This document shows, piece after piece, positions 7,259-16,141 of a stretch of DNA of 57,785 bases. Origin of the DNA: a virus (lineage: Duplodnaviria > Caudoviricetes). The stretch covers positions 1 to 57,785 of IMG/VR virus record IMGVR_UViG_3300037339_000276; one strand, written 5' to 3'. Made by a program: the position numbers and the translations under genes. The notes under the pieces are model-generated. The model saw nothing but the letters and a program-made list of their open reading frames with translations, searched no databases and was not told the DNA's origin. The first letter of the stretch is position 1; each line of letters starts with the position of its first letter.

Positions 7259-9654
7259 TGATTTCCTATGGTCACATCAGCTATGATAGGAACATTGGGT
7301 TTCCATCCAAAAAGTCGCTTAAGAGGCAGATTCTCCATTGTGTTTTTGACAATTGATGCAGCCTCTTCTGAGTAATCATCCCTAGCTTCTAGTAGAACTG
7401 AGTCGTGGACATTTCCAACTATTTTACTTCTCTTCTTATCTAGTTTTTCTTGTAAGATTACCATGGATAATACCATCATATCAGACGCTAAACCCTGTAT
7501 GGGTGAATTGATGGCCTGTCGTTCAGCTTCAGCTTGTACACCATCATCTGTGGAGTTGATAGTAGGTAAATGCCTAACCCTCCCGATCGGAGACGAAACT
7601 CTCCCAAGATTACGAACGAGTCTTCTTTGTCTCTCGTGCCAGGATGACAGTGCTGAATACTTTGAGAAGAATGCTTTTCTATAGGCTTGTGCTTCTTCGT
7701 CAGTGACATCGACTCCGAACTTCTCCTTTGCATAAACCTTGTAACCTCTCCAGCCCATGCCATACAAGAAACCGAAGTTGACCGACTTAGCCATCTTTCT
7801 CTCTTCTTTGGTCAACTCCCCCTGTGGCTTGCCGAGAATAAGTGCACCAGTTTGCCCATGCGGATCTTCGCCCATCTTAAAAGCTCGAATGAAAGTCTCG
7901 TCTCCGGCCAACATAGCAGCAAGTCTGAGCTCGATTTGAGCAAAGTCAGCCTCAACAAGTTTCCATCCTTCTCTGGTCCCGATGATACTTCGAACGAAAA
8001 GATCTCGTGGCACCTGTTGCATGTCTGATGATAGACGCCCAGTGACCGTACCAGCAAGATTGTAAGAGGTGTAAAGTCGTGGCTTGCGAGCACGTTTAAC
8101 TCTAATAATCCAGTTCCTAGTATAGGTTGACTCATACTTCTGCCACTTTCTTAACTCCATTAGAGTATTAACGATTGGATACTTAGCTTGTAGTCTTAGA
8201 AGAACTGACTCGTTCGTAGAAGGTCTGCCTGACTTCTTACCTCTCTCAAGAATAGGCATACCAAGCCTATCAAAGAGCCAAGTACCAAGGAAAACAGGAG
8301 AACGGAAGTTGGCAAGCGGACGAATATCATCTGGTACCTGCTTTAATAGTTCGGCCTCAAGTTCAGCAATCTTAGTTAGCGCGCCTCTATGCCGTTCTTC
8401 TAACCTTCTAACGTCCACAGGGATGCCGTTAGCTTCTATGTCTACAAATGCTCTACAGGCCGGCATTACTAGATTTACGAATAGCCTAAGAAGTTGGGGT
8501 TTCTTCTTTAGTTCTTCTTTGAAGATATGATATAGACGCAGAGTGTAATCTGCATCTTTCCCATTGTAAATTGCCAGCTTGACCAGCTTGGTAACGTCAG
8601 CTCCAAAAGAGATGTTTGCTTCATATTCTTCTGCTCCGAGATAAGTCCTAGCCAGAGATTTAAGACCCTTAGGTCTATTCTCTTCCAATAAGTTCGTCGC
8701 TTGTAGAGTATCGAAGTGTCCATAAAGATTAACGCCTTTGGACTTCATCCATGCTAAATCAAATTTGAGATTGTGACCTACCATCTTCTTACCGGCCAGG
8801 GCGAGATTGAGGGCTTCGTAAACTCGCTCGATAGGAATGTCCCAGGTGGTAGCTGGATGTTCGAGCGAAACAGCAAAAGCCTTACCTGGTTCCCATGAAA
8901 ATGCGACTGTGTGAATGATTCCCTGAGGTGACCAAGGGTGAAGTCCACCTTCTTCCTCCATTGGGTCGGAACTGCCAGTTTCAACGTCAAAGGCAATTGG
9001 TGTTTCTACCTCAGACAGTATCTGACATAGCTTAGCTAGACCTTTAGAGGATTGAATTAGTTTTGTCTCAGTTTCTGGGCGTCGTGTTTCACCCTTTACC
9101 ATGTGTGCAAAAGCAAATAGATCAGACCTGAAAGATCCCTCAAGAGAAGGATTTCTTAATACAGCAGCTGGATGAACCGTTATGAAAGCTGTAGCTCCAG
9201 AAGCTAGTTTCCTAGAAGTTCCTCGTAACTTCATTACACCCGAAGTATTGAGGATTGCTTGAATGGCAACGTTACCGAGAAGCAAAACGTAATCAGGCCG
9301 AACAATTTCAAGTTCTGATCGTGTGTAAACTGAGCATGCATTGATTTGTCCCTTAGACGGTGTTGCGTTATCTTCCGGCCTGCACCTAACTGCGTTCGTA
9401 ATGTATACGCTTTCTCTGGGCAAGCCGACCTCGGACAGTATACGATCGAGATACTTCCCAGCTGGCCCGGAAAAAGGCTTAGCGATATCATCCTCACGAG
9501 CCCCAGGCGCTTCTCCCATGAGTAATACTTTAGATGGAACAGGTCCATCACCCAAGAGGCATACTGACTGCGCATTCTCATGGAGCGGGCATAGTGTGCA
9601 GTTTTCATCTCGGACCGGCAGCCAAACTTTCTCTCTAGCTTCAGGGTTTAACAT
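7243..9654 (-). CDS. polA: Family A DNA polymerase with N-terminal family-4 uracil-DNA glycosylase domain and 3'-5' exonuclease
   Basis: CxxC...GEAPG...PFSG...HPAAVLR (UDG-4); FDVET, GHNLKFD (exonuclease); DFAQIELR, KSVNFGFLYG, VHDS (motifs A, B, C). Confidence 0.95.
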   Translation of the reverse strand: MLNPEAREKVWLPVRDENCTLCPLHENAQSVCLLGDGPVPSKVLLMGEAPGAREDDIAKPFSGPAGKYLDRILSEVGLPRESVYITNAVRCRPEDNATPSKGQINACSVYTRSELEIVRPDYVLLLGNVAIQAILNTSGVMKLRGTSRKLASGATAFITVHPAAVLRNPSLEGSFRSDLFAFAHMVKGETRRPETETKLIQSSKGLAKLCQILSEVETPIAFDVETGSSDPMEEEGGLHPWSPQGIIHTVAFSWEPGKAFAVSLEHPATTWDIPIERVYEALNLALAGKKMVGHNLKFDLAWMKSKGVNLYGHFDTLQATNLLEENRPKGLKSLARTYLGAEEYEANISFGADVTKLVKLAIYNGKDADYTLRLYHIFKEELKKKPQLLRLFVNLVMPACRAFVDIEANGIPVDVRRLEERHRGALTKIAELEAELLKQVPDDIRPLANFRSPVFLGTWLFDRLGMPILERGKKSGRPSTNESVLLRLQAKYPIVNTLMELRKWQKYESTYTRNWIIRVKRARKPRLYTSYNLAGTVTGRLSSDMQQVPRDLFVRSIIGTREGWKLVEADFAQIELRLAAMLAGDETFIRAFKMGEDPHGQTGALILGKPQGELTKEERKMAKSVNFGFLYGMGWRGYKVYAKEKFGVDVTDEEAQAYRKAFFSKYSALSSWHERQRRLVRNLGRVSSPIGRVRHLPTINSTDDGVQAEAERQAINSPIQGLASDMMVLSMVILQEKLDKKRSKIVGNVHDSVLLEARDDYSEEAASIVKNTMENLPLKRLFGWKPNVPIIADVTIGNHWGEK

Positions 9655-10096
9655 TAGCAGACCATGATTCTGGAGTCCACTTTAGATGTTCTATCCTGGC
9701 CGAATCTAGTATATCTAATGGAGTGATGTCTCTATATTCAGTATCATAAACTACTCTAATAATACCAGCATTAATGATGAGTTTAGCGCAATTTCCACAG
9801 GGGCTATGCGTACAATGGAGCTCGCTTCCCTCAGTCGAGATGCCATGTCTAGCTGCGAAGGCAATGGCATTAGCTTCAGCGTGTACGGTCCTGATACAAC
9901 CAGAATAGGTACTCTCATCACAACCGACATCTGTGCAATGTGGAAGACCCCGTGGTGATCCCACATATCCCGTCGATATGATGCGACCATCACGAGAGAT
10001 GATGGCTCCAACTGATGCTCTAAGACAAGTTCCTCTAGCCGATGTGATAACCGCCATCCTGATGAGCCACTCATCTCTACTTGGCCTCATTATCAT
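9641..10096 (-). CDS. dCMP deaminase
   Basis: HAEANAI and PCGNC zinc motifs. Confidence 0.92.
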   Translation of the reverse strand: MIMRPSRDEWLIRMAVITSARGTCLRASVGAIISRDGRIISTGYVGSPRGLPHCTDVGCDESTYSGCIRTVHAEANAIAFAARHGISTEGSELHCTHSPCGNCAKLIINAGIIRVVYDTEYRDITPLDILDSARIEHLKWTPESWSANVKP

Positions 10097-10857
10097 TTTC
10101 TTGATTCCGCCTCTATCCTGCCGCGTTCGGCTGAGAAGATATGCATTGATGAGATATGCATGACTAACTTACCTGGCACCACCTCGTGTAGCTGATCTGA
10201 AACCCATTGTCCGAGCCGTCCAGCCATGTAGGCATCATCGCGAAAGTGTCTATAGAAATCGCAGGACCTAATGTAATAGACGATCTTGAGCTTCCCATTT
10301 CGAATGAGGAAGTGATAACCCAGAGTACAAGGGACTCGTTGATCAGCAACGGCTCCTGTATCTTCCGGGAACCAAACAGGGAGATAAGCCTGTCTCGTTC
10401 CTGGTCTTTCTTTGAGAAGTCGTACGACATCATTTAAATCACCATATGGATATCTGATGCCACCCATAACAGAGAATGCGTCGTCAGATGCCCATTTAGG
10501 CCAGAATCTCTCTGGATACGTATGAGAGAATTTTTCACCATTCATATGCTCTTCATTGCTCTTCTGAGCAAAAGGCCATCTCACGTGCGATGGAGGTGGA
10601 TTATGTGGTATCCCACTTACCCTCTCTTGGAAATGTTCTTCAGCCCAAGGCATGTTAGGTTTGATAATCTCTTGCCACTCATGAACTTCTAACGGCAATG
10701 AAATATCAAATGAAACATCTTCTATCTCGATGGTCTCCGCCTGTGGTATGTTCCCTTTGATTGCTTGCCATTCCCCAACATGTACATCTAATGCCATTGA
10801 TAGGTCAGCAATTATTTGTTCACAGACGTCATCAAATGAGTCTCCGTAACTTCTCAT
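10093..10857 (-). CDS. Thymidylate-synthase-fold enzyme, dCMP-type (putative dCMP hydroxymethylase/modifier)
   Basis: TRQA, VPCTLGYHF catalytic Cys, RSCDFYRHFRDD with Asp at the position equivalent to E. coli ThyA Asn177, SMHIF. Confidence 0.85.
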   Translation of the reverse strand: MRSYGDSFDDVCEQIIADLSMALDVHVGEWQAIKGNIPQAETIEIEDVSFDISLPLEVHEWQEIIKPNMPWAEEHFQERVSGIPHNPPPSHVRWPFAQKSNEEHMNGEKFSHTYPERFWPKWASDDAFSVMGGIRYPYGDLNDVVRLLKERPGTRQAYLPVWFPEDTGAVADQRVPCTLGYHFLIRNGKLKIVYYIRSCDFYRHFRDDAYMAGRLGQWVSDQLHEVVPGKLVMHISSMHIFSAERGRIEAESRK

Positions 10858-11036
10858 CTGGTTAATTCTCTGATTAGAGCACTGAGGGCAGACTCAGGAG
10901 TTGGCTGTTTAGTTCCCTCTTCAGGATGCTCAGCCATGCTTGCTATCCACCAAACCTTGTCCTTTTCATCCAACCAAGTATAGAATACAACCGCTTGATT
11001 CTGGAGTTTGTGTTGGACTTCTTCAGTCGTTGCCAT
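10854..11036 (-). CDS. Hypothetical protein
   Basis: 60 aa, overlaps both neighbouring TS-like genes. Confidence 0.5.
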   Translation of the reverse strand: MATTEEVQHKLQNQAVVFYTWLDEKDKVWWIASMAEHPEEGTKQPTPESALSALIRELTR

Positions 11037-11904
11037 CGTCTATTTCCACCACAGGTGAGCCTCTTCTGCCTACACCAGCGAGTACTAGCTTAGCACTATC
11101 TTGTGCTGATAACCTCCTGTTCTGCCTAATCTCAGATTGCCACCCCTTCAACTGTAGACTTGAAACTGGCATGGACCGATAGACATCAGCCTGAGAATTC
11201 TCATATTTCTTCTTCATCCTGCGGGCCGCTCGCCATCTGATATCTTCCATAGGACGATTCATATAATCTATGTAGTACTGGATAGCATTACCGATTCTAT
11301 CCCCACGGGACGTGTACTCTTCAAGAAGGCCACGTTGATGCAGGAAATGAACTGTTTCCACTGTTTTGAGGATGAAGTTAGGACAGTATATCTGGAGTCT
11401 GATGGAGGCTGGGTCCACTCCCATTCGTTCAGCGAGTTTTCCAATGACGAAACTGCAGAGAGCATAATCTGCGACTCCGGAAAATCCGATGGACTGAGCA
11501 CGAGTGAAAAAAGTAAGCGTAGATGGTTTTGGTTGTCTACGAAAACTAAATCCCAGCAGGCAAGATCCCCATTGGTGTACAGCCTTTTGACCAGTGAAGT
11601 TAGGCGGAACTGACTTAAACTGCCAGAGTGCGTCATATGTTTTCACATTCATAGCATTGTTCACCCAAGTGTGGAGGCTTTCAACATCCACGTATTGTCC
11701 GGTGAACTTTGTCCACTTAGTAGGAGTCAATCCAATCTCACCTAAGTCGAAGTCCATGACTCCTTCTTTGGCAATGATGTGGTTGTTATGGGAATGAATG
11801 ATATTCCTATTGAAATTATCTATTACACCAGGTTTGTCATCGAGTATGGAGAAGTATATGCCTTCCCAAGCTGCCCTAATGTTGGGGAATGTTTTTACTA
11901 TCAT
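11023..11904 (-). CDS. Divergent second thymidylate-synthase-like protein
   Basis: HQWGSCLLGFSF then TRAQSIGFSGVAD echo the TS catalytic Cys and RS-x9-N/D segments. Confidence 0.55.
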   Translation of the reverse strand: MIVKTFPNIRAAWEGIYFSILDDKPGVIDNFNRNIIHSHNNHIIAKEGVMDFDLGEIGLTPTKWTKFTGQYVDVESLHTWVNNAMNVKTYDALWQFKSVPPNFTGQKAVHQWGSCLLGFSFRRQPKPSTLTFFTRAQSIGFSGVADYALCSFVIGKLAERMGVDPASIRLQIYCPNFILKTVETVHFLHQRGLLEEYTSRGDRIGNAIQYYIDYMNRPMEDIRWRAARRMKKKYENSQADVYRSMPVSSLQLKGWQSEIRQNRRLSAQDSAKLVLAGVGRRGSPVVEIDDGND

Positions 11905-12194
11905 CCTCGGTCTATGTCCAAGTTAGCAGCAGCACGTCGTGATTGATCAATCTTATACAACTTTCTTTGGATAACATCTATGAATTCACTTGGCTTGATA
12001 ATTCCATTAAGCATGAAAAGATCTAGGCAAGTTGAGAGTTCTGCTCGTTGAACAGTACCTTCTCCATACATGTCAACAAACCTATCTCTAACTGTTTCTG
12101 GGTCATTACCGCCAGCTCCATATAGCCTAGTAGCTGGCTGTGGAACCCATATCTTCTTGGCGTCAGGCATTGTCACTTCCCTGTGAAAGGCCAC
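11901..12194 (-). CDS. Hypothetical protein
   Basis: Coupled in the operon; true start may be the MPDAKK ATG. Confidence 0.6.
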   Translation of the reverse strand: MAFHREVTMPDAKKIWVPQPATRLYGAGGNDPETVRDRFVDMYGEGTVQRAELSTCLDLFMLNGIIKPSEFIDVIQRKLYKIDQSRRAAANLDIDRG

Positions 12195-12549
12195 CCTTCT
12201 TTGCAGAATAGGTGCCGGAGGCAGCCCTCTTACGGTTTACCTCTTGCTTGATCTTATAGTGGTGTTCTAGTTCTTCATCATCAACCTCTAGCATAGTTAG
12301 CATGTTACCGAGGAAATGCATTACGTCAATGACCTCATCACGGATGCGGGCTCGGTTGAAGAATGGCTCGTCACTGGCCCAAGGCTTCCAACTGAATTCC
12401 TCTCTAACTTCAGCCAGCTCTTGAACGGCTGCTGTCTGGTTCCAATCCAAGTACCTAGCGACAGCTTCCTTAGTCATCAACTCCCGTTGGTACTTGTAGA
12501 TTTCCCTCTGCAGCTTATCTGTTGAAGCTAACCATTTCCAATCATTCAT
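12163..12549 (-). CDS. All-alpha NTP pyrophosphatase (dimeric dUTPase / dCTPase-like)
   Basis: QELAEVREEFSWKPW...DEVIDVMHF. Confidence 0.85.
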   Translation of the reverse strand: MNDWKWLASTDKLQREIYKYQRELMTKEAVARYLDWNQTAAVQELAEVREEFSWKPWASDEPFFNRARIRDEVIDVMHFLGNMLTMLEVDDEELEHHYKIKQEVNRKRAASGTYSAKKGGLSQGSDNA

Positions 12550-13003
12550 GTACTAATCTCCATTTGATTGGGCCTGTGAAGCAGTGACGAATAATCTTGC
12601 AAGCGCCACTTGTAAGATCCCATGTACGTCCTCTAACGTAGGGGCCTCTATCAACAACCTGTACGATAACTGCCCTGCCGCCATAGGAAAACTCAACGAG
12701 AGTTCCACAACGGAGGCTTCTGTGGGCAACCCCGATTGTAGTCTTATTGAGTTTGTGTCCGCAGGCCATTCCATTCCCGTAGAGTCCGGGACCATACCAT
12801 GAAATCTCTGGGTCATTATGCCAAGCTCCTACCCTACGTATCTTAGTAGGCGCCAAGCTAGCTGCTGGGACTCGTATACCTTCGGTGAGAGATGACGAAC
12901 CCGGTCCATAGGGGTGGGATGTCGCCACGGATCCTGTTTGTACAAAGAGTAGAAGTATCCCACTAAGTAGTGAAAATATCTGTCGTAGTAAATCATCTAT
13001 CAC
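12542..13003 (-). CDS. RlpA-like double-psi beta-barrel protein with N-terminal signal/TM segment
   Basis: SWYGPG.YG..MACG, AHRSLRCGT, VVDRGPY, WDLT. Confidence 0.85.
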   Translation of the reverse strand: MIDDLLRQIFSLLSGILLLFVQTGSVATSHPYGPGSSSLTEGIRVPAASLAPTKIRRVGAWHNDPEISWYGPGLYGNGMACGHKLNKTTIGVAHRSLRCGTLVEFSYGGRAVIVQVVDRGPYVRGRTWDLTSGACKIIRHCFTGPIKWRLVHE

Positions 13004-13518
13004 CCCACCAAGTACCCCTCTAACTGTCTTACTAAAGTATTGAAGTCACTTCTGTAATGCCAATCATAGACCAAAAATCTATTGCCATAATAGACTGGCT
13101 GCATCTGCATTATCTTATCGTACCCCTCTAATAATTCAGGAAGATTAGTTAAAACCCCATCCATTTGTTCATTGGTTTTAGAGTCTTTGATGATATTAGC
13201 AAGAGTAGGTCTACAATAGATTAGAAATGCTTCTTTTCTGAGCTGATTTCTAACATCAATATGTACCTTTCTGTCTCCTACAAGACTGCCACGAATGACG
13301 GGACCATAAACAAGCTCAGAATAATAAAACCTGTCATGGATAGGAATAATGCCTGGCTGATACTCAACTTCTAATTGGTACGGCCACCACTCATTGAAGT
13401 TTTGTTCTGATTGCTTATCATTAACTACTGGTAAGAGAAAATGGAATTCACTCCTGAGTTCACTGATCAGAGTAGATTTTCCACTACCGTCTATGCCCTC
13501 CACAATAATTCGTTTCAT
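13000..13518 (-). CDS. Deoxynucleoside monophosphate (thymidylate-like) kinase
   Basis: IIVEGIDGSGKST, HDRFYYSELVYG. Confidence 0.85.
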   Translation of the reverse strand: MKRIIVEGIDGSGKSTLISELRSEFHFLLPVVNDKQSEQNFNEWWPYQLEVEYQPGIIPIHDRFYYSELVYGPVIRGSLVGDRKVHIDVRNQLRKEAFLIYCRPTLANIIKDSKTNEQMDGVLTNLPELLEGYDKIMQMQPVYYGNRFLVYDWHYRSDFNTLVRQLEGYLVG

Positions 13519-13535
13519 GTTACCTCCACGTGTAT

Positions 13536-13565
13536 ATTATATGACATCCCGTAATCACTTGTCAA
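13536..13565 (-). promoter_or_regulatory. Sigma70-type promoter for the nucleotide-modification and polymerase operon
   Basis: TTGACA-N18-TATAAT on the minus strand, followed by SD ggaggt. Confidence 0.75.
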
Positions 13566-15013
13566 TGTCGAAGAACAAACGGATCGTGGATGACTATATC
13601 AGCAATTTTCTTCTTCTCATCTAGTGCTTTATAGGTTAAGCTATCTACTGTTCTAGGAGCTATCAGTCTATAGTATGTAACATTCTTAGTTTGCCCCGGC
13701 CTGTGGAGTCGGTCCTGAGATTGTTGCCAATGAAGTAATGAATTGCTCATAGAATAGTAGATTGCCACAGAAGCTGAGAAGAGTTCAATGCCCTCAGACC
13801 CAGCTTGGACTTGAGCTAAGAAGACTTTCACTTTAGGATTCGTCTGGAAATCTTCGACAATACTGTCCCGCTGACTGTCTGGGACACTTCCGGACAGTAT
13901 TCGGTGGGGAATCCCTTTGTTGAGTAAATGCTCTTCAACTCTCCTAAGATCAGGAATAAACCTGAAGAACACCACTACCTTTTGATCCTCAGCAAGCACG
14001 TCATCGAGAAGATCCTTGAATACTTCAAGTTTAGAATTATCAAATATGCGGATATTACCGTCAACGTCTTTGATAAAGCCTGAAGTTATCTGCTGTAAAC
14101 GTAGAATCTTAGTAAGAACAATGGTAGCAGTGGCGTGGGTTTCTTCAATCTCAATAATGGCCTGCTCTGACATCTGCTTATACAACTTCAGAGCACGGTC
14201 CGAAAGTGTTACAGGCACGTCCTGGAACAGTTTTTCAGGTAAGTCTAAGCACTGTGTCTTCTTGATGCGGAAGGACCACTCGCGGACTTTCTGAATAAGG
14301 ATATCTAAGTTACGGTATCTGAGTAGCTGATACTTCCCAAAGCCTCCCCAGATACCAAATGTGAATTTGAACTGATACCAGTTCTCACCAAAGATACTGT
14401 GATTCAACGCTCTGAACTGTCCGAAGACGTCAAGAGGAGCTTTGGTGATGGGAGTACCTGTAAGGAGAAGTCTTTGGCTAGACTCCCTCGCAATCCTCCA
14501 GGCCGCTTTTGATTGCTTGGCAGTAGGAGACTTAATACGATGAGACTCGTCAAAGATGACGAGGTCAGGCGCCCATTTTCTGATAAGGGCTTCCACTCCT
14601 GGTCCTGATCTAGGTGAACGCCATATGCCTTCATAGTTGATAAGAACATAGGTAAGCTTGGATTCATCAGGAGCTCGCAAAATTGATGTAAGATATCTAA
14701 CTCGTGTATTTGTATTCCCACTAAGCCTGTATATTCTGGACGGGACATCTGAATGCTGCCGTATCTGACGCGGCCACACTCCAAGCACACTAAGCGGAGC
14801 AACGATGAGTACTTTCTTGGTTCCATAGTTGTAGAATCCAATGCCTGCCCAGTCAATAGCAACCTTCGTCTTTCCAGTTCCCATCTCCATGAACAGAGCG
14901 CACTGCCCATTAAGTTTCTGGATCTTGGCTAAGGCTCTTTTTTGATGAGAATATGGCTCAGTCTTGTACCGATATCTAAGCTTCTGTGACTTCAATGAGA
15001 GGTTCAACATCAT
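13562..15013 (-). CDS. SNF2-family helicase
   Basis: EMGTGKT, DESH, LTGTP, LRLQQITSG, QDRLHRPGQ. Confidence 0.92.
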   Translation of the reverse strand: MMLNLSLKSQKLRYRYKTEPYSHQKRALAKIQKLNGQCALFMEMGTGKTKVAIDWAGIGFYNYGTKKVLIVAPLSVLGVWPRQIRQHSDVPSRIYRLSGNTNTRVRYLTSILRAPDESKLTYVLINYEGIWRSPRSGPGVEALIRKWAPDLVIFDESHRIKSPTAKQSKAAWRIARESSQRLLLTGTPITKAPLDVFGQFRALNHSIFGENWYQFKFTFGIWGGFGKYQLLRYRNLDILIQKVREWSFRIKKTQCLDLPEKLFQDVPVTLSDRALKLYKQMSEQAIIEIEETHATATIVLTKILRLQQITSGFIKDVDGNIRIFDNSKLEVFKDLLDDVLAEDQKVVVFFRFIPDLRRVEEHLLNKGIPHRILSGSVPDSQRDSIVEDFQTNPKVKVFLAQVQAGSEGIELFSASVAIYYSMSNSLLHWQQSQDRLHRPGQTKNVTYYRLIAPRTVDSLTYKALDEKKKIADIVIHDPFVLRH

Positions 15014-15182
15014 CAGCTGTTAGAATGCGCCTTCCACAAGACTGTGCGCCAGAGTCAGATCTAGTACTAATATGAACCCACTGTTCTGGTAACTCTACTT
15101 TCTTTCCAATCACAATATTAGAAGGTGGTACTACCCTTACTCTAATACCATCTTGCTTGCAAAAGAATCTACTTTCGGCCAC
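14976..15182 (-). CDS. Hypothetical protein
   Basis: Codirectional gap-filling ORF. Confidence 0.55.
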   Translation of the reverse strand: MAESRFFCKQDGIRVRVVPPSNIVIGKKVELPEQWVHISTRSDSGAQSCGRRILTADDVEPLIEVTEA

Positions 15183-15606
15183 GAATTCTCCTTCTACCTG
15201 ACTGTTCTTCTGTTGGCTGTCGTTTCCTCATATCCTTAGCAGTAAAGTATCTCTCAGCGAAAACCGGATTGTAAATCCTAACATAATAGTCCATGATAGA
15301 GATTGTACAGGTTGTACACCTAAGTAGTTCTGGAGTCAAGTACTCCTCATGTTTGACGGCAGTTTCTTGAAACTCTTTCCACTTCAAACAGTACGGGCAC
15401 CACAGGAGGCCCAGCCGTGTGGGCTCTTTCATCTTAGCTGGAGGTGGAAACCCCCTCCGCCTTGAGATAACATCTGCTAAAAGACCGCGGCGTCGCAGTT
15501 CATTTGCGAAGGCCACGGCCCCAGATTCTTTGGGAGAATTACCCTCAAAGACCTTTCTGACTAGATGTTCCCCGTCATTCCATTGTACGTTCCAAGCGTT
15601 ATCCAC
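15169..15606 (-). CDS. Hypothetical zinc-finger protein
   Basis: CPYC...CTTC; strong SD aggaggag before the GTG start. Confidence 0.7.
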   Translation of the reverse strand: MDNAWNVQWNDGEHLVRKVFEGNSPKESGAVAFANELRRRGLLADVISRRRGFPPPAKMKEPTRLGLLWCPYCLKWKEFQETAVKHEEYLTPELLRCTTCTISIMDYYVRIYNPVFAERYFTAKDMRKRQPTEEQSGRRRIRGRK

Positions 15607-15627
15607 AGCCTCCTCCTAAATGGAATG

Positions 15628-15788
15628 ATATGAAGAGCTCGACCTACAGAAGTTGACGTGAGACAACTCCTTCTTTCTGTCGAGCTCTTCAGGTGTGAAC
15701 AGCGGTTATAGTCTAGGTGAAGAAGGTTCCGACTGACTAACGCGAATCAGTCGTCGGGGTTCAATTTGACCACTCCCGCTGTCCACTG
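15628..15788 (-). ncRNA. Candidate structured 5' leader or small RNA
   Basis: Nested stems gtggacagcgg/ccgctgttcac and ccgac-gactga/ttagtc-gtcgg, plus 13-bp tgaagagctcgac/gtcgagctcttca. Confidence 0.4.
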
Positions 15789-15792
15789 GACT

Positions 15793-15821
15793 AATATATA
15801 ACATCTCGAAATCTTTGTCAA
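15793..15821 (-). promoter_or_regulatory. Leftward promoter of a divergent pair
   Basis: TTGACA-N17-TATATT. Confidence 0.75.
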
Positions 15822-15851
15822 GGACTAAGTTTCTAGCCTGAGTTCTACCTG

Positions 15852-15880
15852 TTGACAAGGCAAATCTTATAGTATATTAT
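15852..15880 (+). promoter_or_regulatory. Rightward promoter of a divergent pair
   Basis: TTGACA-N17-TATTAT. Confidence 0.75.
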
Positions 15881-15928
15881 AGAAGAGTGGACGGTCAGAA
15901 TTACTGACCACGCGTATAGGAGAAAGAG

Positions 15929-16135
15929 ATGGCACGATATACTACTGCCAGTGATACTGCTGAGCGGTTAGGCTTAGAGCACAAAGAGGTAATCCGTAGG
16001 ATACGGAAGGGTGATATAGTCGCACGAAAGTTAGGCTGGAACTGGATTATTGAAGAGGGTGAGGTAGATGCAGTGCTTGAGAAGCCGTGGTATAAGAAAT
16101 TAATGGAGCTTAGGGCACAGCGCCGGGCGTCATAA
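15929..16135 (+). CDS. Small HTH DNA-binding protein (excisionase/MerR-like)
   Basis: TASDTAERLG...VIRRIRKGDI.ARKLG..WII pattern. Confidence 0.8.
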   Translation: MARYTTASDTAERLGLEHKEVIRRIRKGDIVARKLGWNWIIEEGEVDAVLEKPWYKKLMELRAQRRAS

Positions 16136-16141
16136 CCTCAG

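Noticed and set aside
15929-16135. Lysogeny module (excisionase/repressor switch)
   Set aside because: Divergent promoters exist, but no integrase, CI-like repressor or partition genes were recognised
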